Part shown: one piece after another, positions 37,143 to 47,614 of the stretch
Position numbering within the stretch: position 1 is the stretch's first letter
Layout: each line of letters opens with the position of its first letter
Assembly (NCBI GenBank): GCA_002792735.1
Contig: PFOW01000055.1
Coordinates: 273-64,272, forward strand
Direction: 5' to 3'
From: a bacterium CG_4_10_14_0_2_um_filter_33_32
GTDB lineage: Bacteria; Patescibacteriota; CPR2_A; CG2-30-33-46
DNA length: 64,000 nucleotides
Position numbers and translations under genes: made by a program
The notes under the pieces: model-generated
The model's database searches: none
Seen by the model: only the letters and a program-made list of their open reading frames with translations
What the model was told of the DNA's origin: nothing

Positions 37143-38342
37143 TCAAGCACTTTTGCTTTTACCGATAATTTCTATCGACGCAGGAGGCATTAAGGCAATA
37201 AAAAATATAGACAAACCGCAAATAACCAACCCAACTGCTAACAATTGTTTAAGCTCTAAAAAGAAACTTAAGAAATATAAAATAGCAAAAAATAAAACTC
37301 GAGCTATATCAGTGCTTAGTTCCATAATAAAAATGTACTCGGTCAGGCCATCCTCGTCGGCATGCAGATAATATTCAGCAATCCAGGTCGATACAAACAT
37401 AGAATGAGCAACACTTGTAATAATATTCAAAAACACTATGTGAAAACCGGAACTTGCTAAAGCTTTTGCTGTGTGAGTAATTCCAGCCATTATACTACCG
37501 CTTTTTATGTATCTTATTTTTTCCTCATGATCCGCTTTTTTACCAACATAATATAAGGCAACTACTGCGACAATTAAAGAAAGAGAAGTTACAAACCCAA
37601 CATTTTTATAACTTTCTAAAATAAGAAAGATAAAAAAAGGCCATATAACAATACTTGCTACATTTTCTACACCATAACCTCCGTAAGAAATCAATTGCCT
37701 TGTAAGTTTTTTAAAATTAATACGGCTAAAATCGATGTTGCCTCTTACGTAAGGCTCACCTGTTTCAAAAAGCGGCATAGCGGATACTATAAGTCCCATC
37801 ACGGTTATAATATATAAGATATTCATACCTAAATATGAAGCTACTAAACCACCGATAAACGGCGCTGCCGCTCCAAGTAAAGAAGCAAAAATGTATAACT
37901 TGCTAATTTCCTCAGCAACCTCGTGGGAGTGCTTTGCTTTAGAAAAATCAAAGTGGTAGCCTTGCCAAAATAATGACATTGAAGAAGCCCCAACGACCGC
38001 AATAATCCATAACGACCATTGATATAATGGTAGTGATAGAAGCAATATAAAATATAAAACCAAGACTGGCAAACTGAAAAGTATATTATGTTTGGGACCA
38101 AACTTAACTAACAGATTAAGCGCGATATATTCAAATAAAGACTCAGAAATATAAAGAATGAGGTAAAAAAACATTATATTATTAGCTGAGTAGCCTAGCT
38201 TGTAAAGATATATCGGTATAAAAATGACTGTTAGAGAAAGAAAAAAAGACCTAAGACACATTGACCAAAATATTTCATTAAGCTCAGTGTGCTTCATTCT
38301 AAAAAATTGATGCTTGTGCAAAAAGTCTAAACTAACTTTCAT
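37143..38342 (-). CDS. MFS-type membrane transporter
   Basis: About 12 TM segments; FIPIYLY, LLGAAAPFIGG, IWPFFIF. Confidence 0.8.
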   Translation of the reverse strand: MKVSLDFLHKHQFFRMKHTELNEIFWSMCLRSFFLSLTVIFIPIYLYKLGYSANNIMFFYLILYISESLFEYIALNLLVKFGPKHNILFSLPVLVLYFILLLSLPLYQWSLWIIAVVGASSMSLFWQGYHFDFSKAKHSHEVAEEISKLYIFASLLGAAAPFIGGLVASYLGMNILYIITVMGLIVSAMPLFETGEPYVRGNIDFSRINFKKLTRQLISYGGYGVENVASIVIWPFFIFLILESYKNVGFVTSLSLIVAVVALYYVGKKADHEEKIRYIKSGSIMAGITHTAKALASSGFHIVFLNIITSVAHSMFVSTWIAEYYLHADEDGLTEYIFIMELSTDIARVLFFAILYFLSFFLELKQLLAVGLVICGLSIFFIALMPPASIEIIGKSKSA

Positions 38343-38352
38343 ATACTATCTC

Positions 38353-39906
38353 TTATTTTTCTTCAATTCTTGGGAAAAGCGATTCCTTGTTTTTAATTTT
38401 ATTACCATATTTAATATTAGTAAAAGAATCTTTGTCTAAAGGATGACTTTTTAACAACCTCTCAATACTTAAAGCTTTAGCAATCTTTAAAGAAGTTTCT
38501 GGCATAAACGGATAAATCTGCCAAGCTAATTGGTGGATACTATCAAGCAAGCCATACAATATCCATGCTAATTCTTCAGTCTTCCCTTCCTTAGCAACAA
38601 CCCATGGCTTGGTATCGTCTATATATTTATCTGCTGTCTTTACAAATTTATTAACAGCCAGCAAAGCTTCGTTTAATTTAAATTTTTTGAAGGAGCTATT
38701 TATATCTTGATAAGCATCTTTCCATGTATATATATTTTTATCTATTCTTAAAGGATGGGTTTCCGGATCTTTTTTCAGCTCCGGTATAATTCCATCAAAA
38801 TATTTTTCTACCATTGCTAAAACTCGTGAGACCAAATTACCTAATCCGCCAGCTAGATCTGCATTGTATACTTCTTTAAAATGTTCGAAAGTAAAATCGC
38901 CGTCCCCCGTAGAAGGTATTTCTTTTAAAAGATAGTAACGAGTTGCATCTTGACCATATCTTTTAATAATCTCAAAAGGATCAATAACATTGCCTAAAGA
39001 TTTGGAAATTTTCTGGCCGGCAACAGTGACATAACCGTGAACAAAAATTTGTTTTGGAAGAGGTAGTTTTGCAGATAAAAGCATGGCTGGCCAATAAACC
39101 GCATGGAATTTAAGAATGCCTTTACCAATAACATGCAGAATATTTTTATTATCTAGCCAATATTTTTTAAAGAGTTCTCCGTTCTCTCCATAACCTAAGG
39201 CTGTTATGTAATTAGCTAAAGCATCAAACCAAACATACATAACCTGGCTTGAATCTCCTGGAACTGGCACGCCCCATCCTTTTGCTCTTTCTTTAGTTCT
39301 TGAAATGCTAAAATCCTGCAATCCGGATTTTATAAAACTTAAAGCTTCGTTCTTTCGTGATTTTGGAATTATTTCTATGACATCGTTTGCAACCATTTCT
39401 TCTAACTGTTTCTGGTGATTTGATAGTTTGAAAAAATAATTTTCTTCTTCAATAGTTTCAAGTTTAGAATTAGAATGCTCTGAACAACAACCATCCACCA
39501 AATCACTTTCTTTTTTAAATTCTTCGCACCCTACACAATAAAGACCTTTATATGATTTCTTGTAGATATCCTTTTCGCAAGCTTTCCATAATTTTTCTGC
39601 TCCTTTAAAATGTTCGGGGCTTGAAGTTTTTATAAAATCATCATTTGATATATTCAAATCTTTATTTAAATCAATAAAAGCATCGGTATTGAAAGCGACG
39701 AAATCCTGAATATCCATGCCTGCTTTCTTAGCACCTAAAACATTTTTTAAACTATTCTCATCAGCACCCATTAAAAAATAAGTATCATCACCACTAAGAC
39801 GATGATATCTTGCAATAGCGTCACTTTGGCAAATTTCTAACGCAAAACCAATATGCGGTCTGGCATTAACATAAGGAATAGCATTCGTAATATAAAACCT
39901 TTTCAT
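38353..39906 (-). CDS. metG: Methionine--tRNA ligase (short form)
   Basis: YITNAIPYVNARPHIG, YVWFDAL, IGKGILKFH, KISKS; likely ATG at 39906 after TGTATAAT. Confidence 0.95.
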   Translation of the reverse strand: MKRFYITNAIPYVNARPHIGFALEICQSDAIARYHRLSGDDTYFLMGADENSLKNVLGAKKAGMDIQDFVAFNTDAFIDLNKDLNISNDDFIKTSSPEHFKGAEKLWKACEKDIYKKSYKGLYCVGCEEFKKESDLVDGCCSEHSNSKLETIEEENYFFKLSNHQKQLEEMVANDVIEIIPKSRKNEALSFIKSGLQDFSISRTKERAKGWGVPVPGDSSQVMYVWFDALANYITALGYGENGELFKKYWLDNKNILHVIGKGILKFHAVYWPAMLLSAKLPLPKQIFVHGYVTVAGQKISKSLGNVIDPFEIIKRYGQDATRYYLLKEIPSTGDGDFTFEHFKEVYNADLAGGLGNLVSRVLAMVEKYFDGIIPELKKDPETHPLRIDKNIYTWKDAYQDINSSFKKFKLNEALLAVNKFVKTADKYIDDTKPWVVAKEGKTEELAWILYGLLDSIHQLAWQIYPFMPETSLKIAKALSIERLLKSHPLDKDSFTNIKYGNKIKNKESLFPRIEEK

Positions 39907-39927
39907 AGAATTATTATACATGAAAAT

Positions 39928-40587
39928 CTAATAATTACTCTTGATGATAACCGTAAATTCGCCCTTTTCTTTAATTGCATCTATTATCTCTGATACCTTG
40001 CCTCTATATATGTCTTCAAATTTCTTAGTTAATTCTCGAGTCACTACAACTTCTCTATCCCCTAAAAATTCTAATATTTCTCTAAGGAGCTTTTTAATTC
40101 GAAAAGGGGATTCAAATAAAATAATAGCTCTATTTTCTTGACTCATTTGCTTAAGCTTTGTTTGTCTGCCCTTCTTGGTTGGTAAAAATCCGTAAAAGGC
40201 AGATTCATCCGTTTTAAAGCCTGATATAGATATCGCAGCAGTTAAAGAAGACGGTCCAGGAATAGGTATTATATTTATATTATTTTTTACTGCTTCTTCA
40301 ATAAACACCCCGCCGGGATCTGCAACTCCTGGGGTGCCTGCATCAGTTACAATAGCTACATTCTTGCCGTTCTCAATTTCTCTAATTAACGCTTCAATCT
40401 TTTCTCTTTTTGTATGCTGATGGTAAGAGGTTAAGGGTGTTTTAATCTTATAATAATCAGTTAATATTCTAGTCTTCCTAGTATCTTCACAAGCAATTAA
40501 ATCAACTTCCTTAAGAATTCTGATTGCTCTTAAGGTTATATCTTCCAAATTGCCAATTGGCGTTGCAACTATGTATACATTACCCAT
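39928..40587 (-). CDS. rsmI: 16S rRNA C1402 2'-O-methyltransferase RsmI
   Basis: VATPIGNLEDIT.RA, CEDTR, DAGTPG..DPG, FESPFR, RELTKKFE. Confidence 0.95.
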   Translation of the reverse strand: MGNVYIVATPIGNLEDITLRAIRILKEVDLIACEDTRKTRILTDYYKIKTPLTSYHQHTKREKIEALIREIENGKNVAIVTDAGTPGVADPGGVFIEEAVKNNINIIPIPGPSSLTAAISISGFKTDESAFYGFLPTKKGRQTKLKQMSQENRAIILFESPFRIKKLLREILEFLGDREVVVTRELTKKFEDIYRGKVSEIIDAIKEKGEFTVIIKSNY

Positions 40588-40612
40588 AATATAAAACTTA
40601 TTTATTACTTAA

Positions 40613-40861
40613 TTATTTTCTCTTTTCAACAACTATCTTACATTTCGTAAGCAAGGCTGTTGCTGCGCCAATAGCTGCTAACGGCGGAGCTAAAACCGCT
40701 CCCACTGCAGCCCACGTTAAAGGAACTTCCATTAATGTTTGATCCTTTTCATTCTTTATAATTATTCTTCTGACATTTCCTTCTTTAACAAGCTGCTTAA
40801 CTTTCTTTAATACCTCGGAACCATCTAGTATAAATTCTTCTTTTTTATTTTTGCTAACCAT
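40613..40861 (-). CDS. DUF4342-like small protein
   Basis: KVKQLVKEGNVRRIIIK..EVPLT..LAAIGA..CKIVVE. Confidence 0.75.
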   Translation of the reverse strand: MVSKNKKEEFILDGSEVLKKVKQLVKEGNVRRIIIKNEKDQTLMEVPLTWAAVGAVLAPPLAAIGAATALLTKCKIVVEKRK

Positions 40862-40870
40862 AATTTTCTC

Positions 40871-41743
40871 CTATTTTAATAATTTATTATCCCTAAAAAC
40901 ATTATACATTCTTTTCCAATCTTCTAAGAAGAGATCCTGTGGTCTTTTATTCGAATCAACCCCTGATTTAATGATTAATTTTGCTGTTTCTTCTTTATTC
41001 AGCAAAAAGCCAGCAGCTAAGTTATTAACCAATTTTTTTCTCGGGCTGGAAAATCCTATTTTTATAAGTCTGAAAAATAATTTTTCAGCTATTCTTTTTT
41101 CTGGGGTCTGTTTACTGCCTACCCTAAGTAAAGTCGAAGGGTTTACTGTTATCTTGATAATGGCTGAATCTACTTTTGGTTTTGGCCAAAATGAATCTTT
41201 TGGCACAAAAGATATAATTTCTGGTTTTGCAAAAAATTGAACAGAAACAGCTAAAATGTTCATATTCGGGGGTTTGGCAATAATTCTTTCTGCCACTTCC
41301 TTTTGCACCATTATAATTAAGCTAGAAGGACGGTTCTTGACTTCTAAGAATTTTCTAATTACAGGGGAAGTAATATAGTAAGGAATATTAGAAACAACTT
41401 GATAATGACCCTGTATCTCTTTGTCTATATCAAAACTTAGAATATCTTTATTTTGGATAATCAGATTATCAAAATCCTTTGTTGTCTTTTTAAGAATGTT
41501 TAATAGAGCAGCATCTTTTTCAACAGCAATAACCTTATCGGCTTTCTTCAAAAGCTCTATAGTCAAAATGCCTATACCAGACCCGATTTCTAAAACCTTA
41601 TCGTCCTTACTTATATTTGAAGCATTGATGATTTCATTAAGTACATGCCTTGATACTAAAAAATGCTGACCAAGCTTCTTGCTTAACCAAAGCTTATTAT
41701 TCGAAAGCAGATTTTTTATTGTTGGAATATTAGTAAGATCCAC
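40871..41743 (-). CDS. rsmA: 16S rRNA dimethyladenosine transferase RsmA/KsgA
   Basis: KKLGQHFL, VLEIGSGIG, AVEKD, SNIPYYITSP, MVQKEVAERI, PKPKVDS; GTG 41743 preferred because the longer start crosses 7-mer repeats. Confidence 0.93.
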   Translation of the reverse strand: MDLTNIPTIKNLLSNNKLWLSKKLGQHFLVSRHVLNEIINASNISKDDKVLEIGSGIGILTIELLKKADKVIAVEKDAALLNILKKTTKDFDNLIIQNKDILSFDIDKEIQGHYQVVSNIPYYITSPVIRKFLEVKNRPSSLIIMVQKEVAERIIAKPPNMNILAVSVQFFAKPEIISFVPKDSFWPKPKVDSAIIKITVNPSTLLRVGSKQTPEKRIAEKLFFRLIKIGFSSPRKKLVNNLAAGFLLNKEETAKLIIKSGVDSNKRPQDLFLEDWKRMYNVFRDNKLLK

Positions 41744-41749
41744 AACTCC

Positions 41750-41781
41750 ATAGTAAACAGTTAGCAGTAAGCAGTAAACAG
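41750..41781. repeat. Degenerate 7-mer tandem repeat (agtaaac/agtaagc/agttagc)
   Basis: tagtaaacagttagcagtaagcagtaaacag. Confidence 0.55.
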
Positions 41782-41826
41782 GAAAACTAGAAAGAGCTGT
41801 CATGTTTTGTTAACTGTTACCTGCTT

Positions 41827-43065
41827 CTATTTTCTACCGCAAACCGGCCAAGCGCCATATCCTTGTATAGAAATTTTCCAAGCTGTTGTATAAATCTGAG
41901 CTTTTGCATCATAAATACTTGCACCGGCATAACCTGCGCCGGCAGATGCGCCTGCCCAAGTAGAGGGAAGGTATTGAAATAAACCATAGAATCTTCCACC
42001 GCCTCCAACAGAATTTGGATTGCCTCCACTTTCACAAGTCATCATTCTTTGCATTTTACCCGCATCAACTCCGTATTTTAATGCGGCATCATTTATCCAT
42101 TCACCAAATGCGCCATCGGCATAAGTGAATTTCGGTTTTCTGCCCTTAATGACAATTTGTGATACAGGTTCCTTTATAATTTCTGTTGAAAGTATTTCTT
42201 TGCTTTTTTCAGTTCCGTTTTCAATTACTTTCTTAAAAGTGATTTTCTTTTTACCAACCTCGCCTCTTCTCTCTATCTTTGATTCGCCCTCTAAAAAATT
42301 AGCGTCATCTTTATACTGTATAGCAAAAGGAATTTCGTAAGTTTCCGAAGATTCATCTTTTGAAATTCTTATAATATTTATCTCTAAACCTTCTGTAAGC
42401 GGCGTATTAAGAGCCGGCTCAACTCTATCAAACTCTCCTAAGGCAATATTTTCCGAATAAATTAAATCCGAAACTTTTTTAAGTCTTGTATGAATCTCTC
42501 TTAATTTACCGTCTACTTGAATATTTATCGTATTAGCTCTATTTATATATATTTTTAACCCAGGCACAACATCATCCAAAGGATCAGCGATTGAAACCTC
42601 ATCATTAGCGTATAAATTAATAGATAGATCTTTTAAAATTTCAAAAACCGATAAGTAAGCACTTCTGCCAATTATTATTTTATCGCCATCAATAATAGTC
42701 ACTGGTCTTGCTTTATAGATAAAAACCTCGGTTGTACCTTCATTAAGATTAGTATCTAGGCCAGGATCTACTAAATCATTCTTTTCAAAAGAAATACCCT
42801 GAGATTCCAATGCCTCTTTTAAAGTATTTTTGGTGGTAGTAAATTTGGCTTGATCGTTTTCTGTAGTTAAACTTATGACTTTGACTGGCTCTAAAGAACC
42901 AGATGCAAATGCAGTAATATTCGGTAGAATATATGCATTTGATGCAAAAGACAAAATGCTAAAAACTAATATAACTGCCTTTATTTTTGAAGATATTCTG
43001 TTTTTTAAATTTCTTACTTTTTTGCCAAAAGAATTAACTTTTGGCCCTAACTGGTGCGTTTCTAT
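41827..43065 (-). CDS. YabE/RpfB-like cell-wall protein: DUF348 repeats, G5, lytic transglycosylase-like domain (apparent ATA start)
   Basis: DLVDPGLDT, DRVEPALNT, G5 KEPVSQIVIKG, CESGGNP..YGLFQY..TW..AWPVC; frame is open upstream of the TTG at 42954 to GGAGG-N5-ATA (43065), which adds the basic plus hydrophobic N-terminus. Confidence 0.85.
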   Translation of the reverse strand: METHQLGPKVNSFGKKVRNLKNRISSKIKAVILVFSILSFASNAYILPNITAFASGSLEPVKVISLTTENDQAKFTTTKNTLKEALESQGISFEKNDLVDPGLDTNLNEGTTEVFIYKARPVTIIDGDKIIIGRSAYLSVFEILKDLSINLYANDEVSIADPLDDVVPGLKIYINRANTINIQVDGKLREIHTRLKKVSDLIYSENIALGEFDRVEPALNTPLTEGLEINIIRISKDESSETYEIPFAIQYKDDANFLEGESKIERRGEVGKKKITFKKVIENGTEKSKEILSTEIIKEPVSQIVIKGRKPKFTYADGAFGEWINDAALKYGVDAGKMQRMMTCESGGNPNSVGGGGRFYGLFQYLPSTWAGASAGAGYAGASIYDAKAQIYTTAWKISIQGYGAWPVCGRK

Positions 43066-43187
43066 AAAAACCTCCGGGTTAAATCGATGTAGAATTTTTG
43101 ATTATCAAGACTTTTGTTTTCGCCCTTTGGTTTTGTTTTTGTTTTTAAAATTTATGTTTTTTGTTTTATTTGAAATTATAGAAAAGC

Positions 43188-43215
43188 ATTATACAGACCT
43201 CCAAAACGTTGTCAA
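43188..43215 (-). promoter_or_regulatory. Consensus sigma70 promoter for the G5/Rpf-rsmA operon
   Basis: TTGACA-16nt-TATAAT, followed by a ~115-nt A-rich leader. Confidence 0.75.
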
Positions 43216-43358
43216 GTATTCTTAAGATTAGCTCTATAGAGTAAATATTATCTACTTGATGATTTACAAATAAAAAACCGAGCTGAAATTAAAAATCGCC
43301 GGGATTATCCAGCGACATCGATTTATAAGACTTAATTTTTTCTTTTTGAATATTTATC

Positions 43359-44494
43359 TTAAGTATTATTAGGTATTTTTAATTTCATTTTGAGATATTC
43401 ATCAATATCATTAATACTTATTGTTCCCATAAATCTCCGTTCTTTTAATACTGGCAACTTTGACAGGCTATTTTCATTCATGATATCAAATACTTTAGTC
43501 ATCGAGTCTTGCGGATCTACTGAGGATTTTATAAGATCTATCTTGGTCATAACATCTTTCACTTCTAAATCCTTAATGCGCTCCTCATTTATTCCGCTTA
43601 GCTGATTTGAGTTTATACTGCCTATAATATTATTACCGTTATCAATAACCAAGAAATTACTTTTGTGATGCTGCAAAAACCTTAAAAACAAATCAGATAT
43701 CTTTAAATGCAAAGGTATAAAATCTTCTTCATGATTCATTAAGTCCCTTACTTTTATTTTTGAAAGCAACTCTCTAAAAATCATTTGCCTATAGCTTATG
43801 CCGGCAGCCTGATAGAAAAAAATCCAACTAACACAAGCCAAATACCACCGAGGCTACGGATTATAAACGTTTCCAATATTCCGCCCACAATAAGTAAAGA
43901 AGCTATAAATTTACCTCCGATAGAAGCATAATAAGTTGCCTTTTTCAATGAATGATTAATAGCCCAAATAACGGATCTTAAAACTCTTCCTCCGTCTAAA
44001 GGAAAGCCAGGCAATAGATTAAAAATTGCTAAAGTAAAATTCAGAAAAGCCAATGTTTGAAATATAGGCATAAGTTCTAGAATAGCAGTATATGTTATAA
44101 AAAAATAATAAAGCAAATAGAATGTAACTGCTAAAATTAGACTAGAGAGGGGACCAGCGATAGCCATCTTAAACTCAATACCTGCTGTCTTTGGTTCTTC
44201 GGAAATATGTGCGACACCTCCAAAAATAAAAAAAGAAATTTTCTTAACATCTAAACCGTTTCTTTTTGCAATAACGGAATGGCTTAATTCATGGATTAAT
44301 GCGGAGGCAAAAAATAAAACAGATGTAAAAATACCTAGAATAATATTTGTATTATTGCTAAATTCACTGTACACAGACGGAAAATAGCCAAAAGACAAAG
44401 ACCATGTAACGATAAAAAAGATTATAAACCAAGAATAATCAACCGTAATCTCAATACCTAAAATCTTACCTAAAGTAAAACCTCCACGTGACAT
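43359..44494 (-). pseudogene. Site-2 protease (M50) with CBS pair, frameshifted in a T7 run
   Basis: HELSHS, AIAGP, FNLLPGFPLDGGR; run at 43816-43822 is one base short of reading GFFFYQAA into the CBS domains. Confidence 0.8.
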
Positions 44495-44561
44495 AAATTC
44501 CCCCTTAAATAAATATTAAATTAAAAAATTTTGTAAGTCTTTGTAGTTTATTTAAAAAATA

Positions 44562-46661
44562 TTATGTATTTTCTAAAACTTTCACCTTATAACCGCTAGT
44601 ATTTTTATTAACTTTAAAATCATAACCCTCTCCGACTCTTAAAAGAGTAAAATTCAAAATGCCATTACCAATGTGCAGATTTTCAATTTCTAAATTATTA
44701 ATCCACGTTGGTAGCCTCTTGAATAAATATACTTTCTTTTCTATGGCATTTACTTCAAGGTCTATCAGGCTCTGAATAATTAAAAATAGGGCGCCAGACG
44801 ACCAAGCTTGAGGAGTATTGCTAACAGGATATTCAATCGGGAAAGGGTAATCTTTTTTACTTAAACCAACAAATAGTTCAGGCAAGCGGTTCAAAAGAAA
44901 ATATTTTGATGCCTCTATTAAGTCCTCGGAGACTTTCATAGCTTCATTGTAAAATCCGTATTTTACAAAACCATTTATAATTAAAGAGTTATCAAATGGC
45001 CAAATACTGCCATTGTGATAACTTATGGGATTATAAAGACTAGAATCACTTGAAAGAGTTCTAATGCCCCAACCGCTATACATGGAATTATCCATAAGTT
45101 TTTTTACTATGATGTCCGCATAATTATCGTAGGCTATACCAGACCAAAGAGTATGACCAACATTAGAAGTTAAAGAATCAACAAGATTTTTATCTTTATC
45201 TAAAGCCATTGCATAATATTGAAGATTTTTGAGCCAAAATACTTCATTAAATTTAATTTTTAGATCCTGAGCCTTTTTTTCTAATTCTAAACTTAATTTC
45301 AAATCCTTATATATTTCTTTTACTATTGGCGCAATCTCCTTTAATGCCCTATATAAATAACCCTGTACTTCAACTAAAGCAACAGGTGCTTTTGCCAATT
45401 TACCATTTTTAAAATTAATTGCATTATAGGAATCTTTCCATCCCTTATTTCGCAAACCATGCTGGTTGCTTTTGTACTCAATAAACGTATCGCTATCAAT
45501 ATCCCCGTACTCATACAACCAAGCGATGACTTTATAAATATTTTCTTTAATTTCCAATAAAAAGTTGCGGTCGTTAGTGAAATGGAAATATTGAGAGGCT
45601 AATATTAAATAAAGAAGCGTTGCATCAATAGTTCCGTAATAACTGGCAAATGGCTCTTTTAAAAAAGCGGCTGTTTCTTCTGATCTAACCTCATGGATTA
45701 TTTTACCAGGCTCTTCGTCCTTTATTTCTTCAACCTCCCTTCCTTGAAACAAGGATAAGTATTTTAAAACCGATTTAGCATATAAAGGACTTAATATCAA
45801 GGTTTGCAAAGAAGCTATGATACTATCTCTTCCGAATATTGCCAAGTACCAAGGGATTCCAGCGCCTGGAATAATACCATCCCATACATCAAGATGGAGA
45901 GCTGAAAGATCACTTATTGATTGATTTATTAACTTATTGATAAACCCATTATCAGTCTTTATTTCAGCGAGACTTTGGTGCCATTCCTTAAAAGCTTTTG
46001 ATGATTTCTCTGTTCTTAGACCAAAAGAGCCGCAATCATACTTAAGAGCCAGCTCATGATTGTTATGAACAAGCCTGCAAGTAAGGCAGGCAGACCATTC
46101 TTCGTGAGGCTTAAGATTAACCCTGAAAGTAAATTTATCTTTATCTAAAATCTCAGGTTTCTTATTAGTACTTATTTTAATACCTGTTCTGTTTTCTAAG
46201 TAAGAATAGTCATAGAGGATGAAGTTATTTTTTTTATCTACAGCACAAACTGTTTTCCCTCTTTTTTTAGGATCCATACTTCTTACGGAAAAAATATCGG
46301 CAAAATCAGTCTCAAACTTAATTGTAACTGGAAATGATACATCTTGATTTGTAAAATTAGTTATCTTTATATCTTCATGAAAACCATTACCAACGAATCT
46401 GGCACGATATATACCAAGAGATGCTTCCTTTATATTATTAATAGATGAGTTAGTAAGAAAATGAATGGCTGAATAATTATCAATTTGTTTTGAAGTTAAT
46501 GCAATTATCTTTTTACCGCCGACTCTAAGCTGAAGGCTGCTAATAAAGCGCGTATCAAAATCATAATAACCTTGATGAGTACCGGCGCTGATATTGCCCC
46601 CATAAGAAGAAATTAAGAATGATCTTCCGTCACTTATTGTAATATCCTGCTGAGATCGCAT
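44562..46661 (-). CDS. Amylo-alpha-1,6-glucosidase / glycogen-debranching family enzyme
   Basis: DTRFIS, DFADIF, AGIPWY..FGRDS, EEPGKIIHE, YYGTIDAT, GWKDS, YHNGSIWP, LPELF, PQAWS. Confidence 0.88.
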   Translation of the reverse strand: MRSQQDITISDGRSFLISSYGGNISAGTHQGYYDFDTRFISSLQLRVGGKKIIALTSKQIDNYSAIHFLTNSSINNIKEASLGIYRARFVGNGFHEDIKITNFTNQDVSFPVTIKFETDFADIFSVRSMDPKKRGKTVCAVDKKNNFILYDYSYLENRTGIKISTNKKPEILDKDKFTFRVNLKPHEEWSACLTCRLVHNNHELALKYDCGSFGLRTEKSSKAFKEWHQSLAEIKTDNGFINKLINQSISDLSALHLDVWDGIIPGAGIPWYLAIFGRDSIIASLQTLILSPLYAKSVLKYLSLFQGREVEEIKDEEPGKIIHEVRSEETAAFLKEPFASYYGTIDATLLYLILASQYFHFTNDRNFLLEIKENIYKVIAWLYEYGDIDSDTFIEYKSNQHGLRNKGWKDSYNAINFKNGKLAKAPVALVEVQGYLYRALKEIAPIVKEIYKDLKLSLELEKKAQDLKIKFNEVFWLKNLQYYAMALDKDKNLVDSLTSNVGHTLWSGIAYDNYADIIVKKLMDNSMYSGWGIRTLSSDSSLYNPISYHNGSIWPFDNSLIINGFVKYGFYNEAMKVSEDLIEASKYFLLNRLPELFVGLSKKDYPFPIEYPVSNTPQAWSSGALFLIIQSLIDLEVNAIEKKVYLFKRLPTWINNLEIENLHIGNGILNFTLLRVGEGYDFKVNKNTSGYKVKVLENT

Positions 46662-46817
46662 TTTAACCTTTTTAAAATGTATAAATAATTATAAACTAGT
46701 AACGCTTTTATGTAATTAGCAGTAAGTATCAAAGTATCAATTATTTTACAGAAAAATTGATGCTAACTATAAAAAAGATCCATAAAAGAACCTAAAATAA
46801 AAAATGAGTACTTAAAA

Positions 46818-47492
46818 TTAAAAATATAATAACAGCATGATTGTACCTAGGCTAATCATTAAACCTGCAAGGATAAGATGCATTTTTCTACCCTGTCTTT
46901 CCTGCCAATTAATCATTTTTTCAGTTACAACTCGATTTGTTGCAAACACAAAGATTAGAACCAAAGGCAGTACAAACATAATATTATATAAAAGAAGATA
47001 TAATGCCCCTGTAAGATAAGTAACTTTTGAGGCAAGAAGACTAACTATTGCAAAATACACAGACCCCGAACACGGGAATTCAAATATACCAACCAGAATA
47101 CCCATCACAACCGTTGCTGGAATAGATGCTTTATACGCCCATTCAGATATTTTAAACCTGGCATCATGAGTCATTCTAAGTTTTATGGGAGCATGGGGAA
47201 AATAATATTCTTTAATATTCAATAATCCGAAAATAATTGTAACTATAGCGGCAATTTTGGTTATAAAATGTGTGGCGCCAAAAAGGCTAAATGCCTTAAG
47301 TAACCCCAATCCAATAAGATAGTAGATGAGATAAACAGAAATAATATAAAAAAAACCAATTTTTAATATAAAGGGGCGGTCTTTTTTAAGAATAAATAAT
47401 AAAGCAATAAATAATAATGCGACTGAAATAGCACATGGATTAAGACTATCAAACAGTCCAGCGGTTATTACTGTCGGTAAAATTACATTCAT
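46818..47492 (-). CDS. CcdA/DsbD-like thiol-disulfide membrane protein
   Basis: DSLNPCA and EFPCSG cysteine pair, 6 TM, YNIMFVLPL. Confidence 0.75.
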   Translation of the reverse strand: MNVILPTVITAGLFDSLNPCAISVALLFIALLFILKKDRPFILKIGFFYIISVYLIYYLIGLGLLKAFSLFGATHFITKIAAIVTIIFGLLNIKEYYFPHAPIKLRMTHDARFKISEWAYKASIPATVVMGILVGIFEFPCSGSVYFAIVSLLASKVTYLTGALYLLLYNIMFVLPLVLIFVFATNRVVTEKMINWQERQGRKMHLILAGLMISLGTIMLLLYF

Positions 47493-47564
47493 ATTTTTTA
47501 CAATAAATATAAATTTATTGTATAGGTTATTAATACCTTAAACAATGTCTTAATTAGAAAATAA

Positions 47565-47600
47565 AACAAATAAAGGCTCCTTAAGGAGCCTTTATTTGTT
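47565..47600. terminator. Perfect 36-bp palindrome, probable intrinsic terminator
   Basis: AACAAATAAAGGCTCC-TTAA-GGAGCCTTTATTTGTT, just after the 47615 stop. Confidence 0.8.
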
Positions 47601-47614
47601 AATCTTATAATTGA

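Noticed and set aside
43066..43350. Riboswitch (e.g. c-di-AMP) upstream of the Rpf-like gene, and an 11-bp inverted pair at 43080/43315
   Set aside because: Leader is A-rich with little pairing potential and no recognisable aptamer; the short repeat may be chance
43816..43822. Programmed ribosomal frameshift in the site-2 protease
   Set aside because: No correctly phased slippery heptamer or downstream structure; a homopolymer indel is simpler
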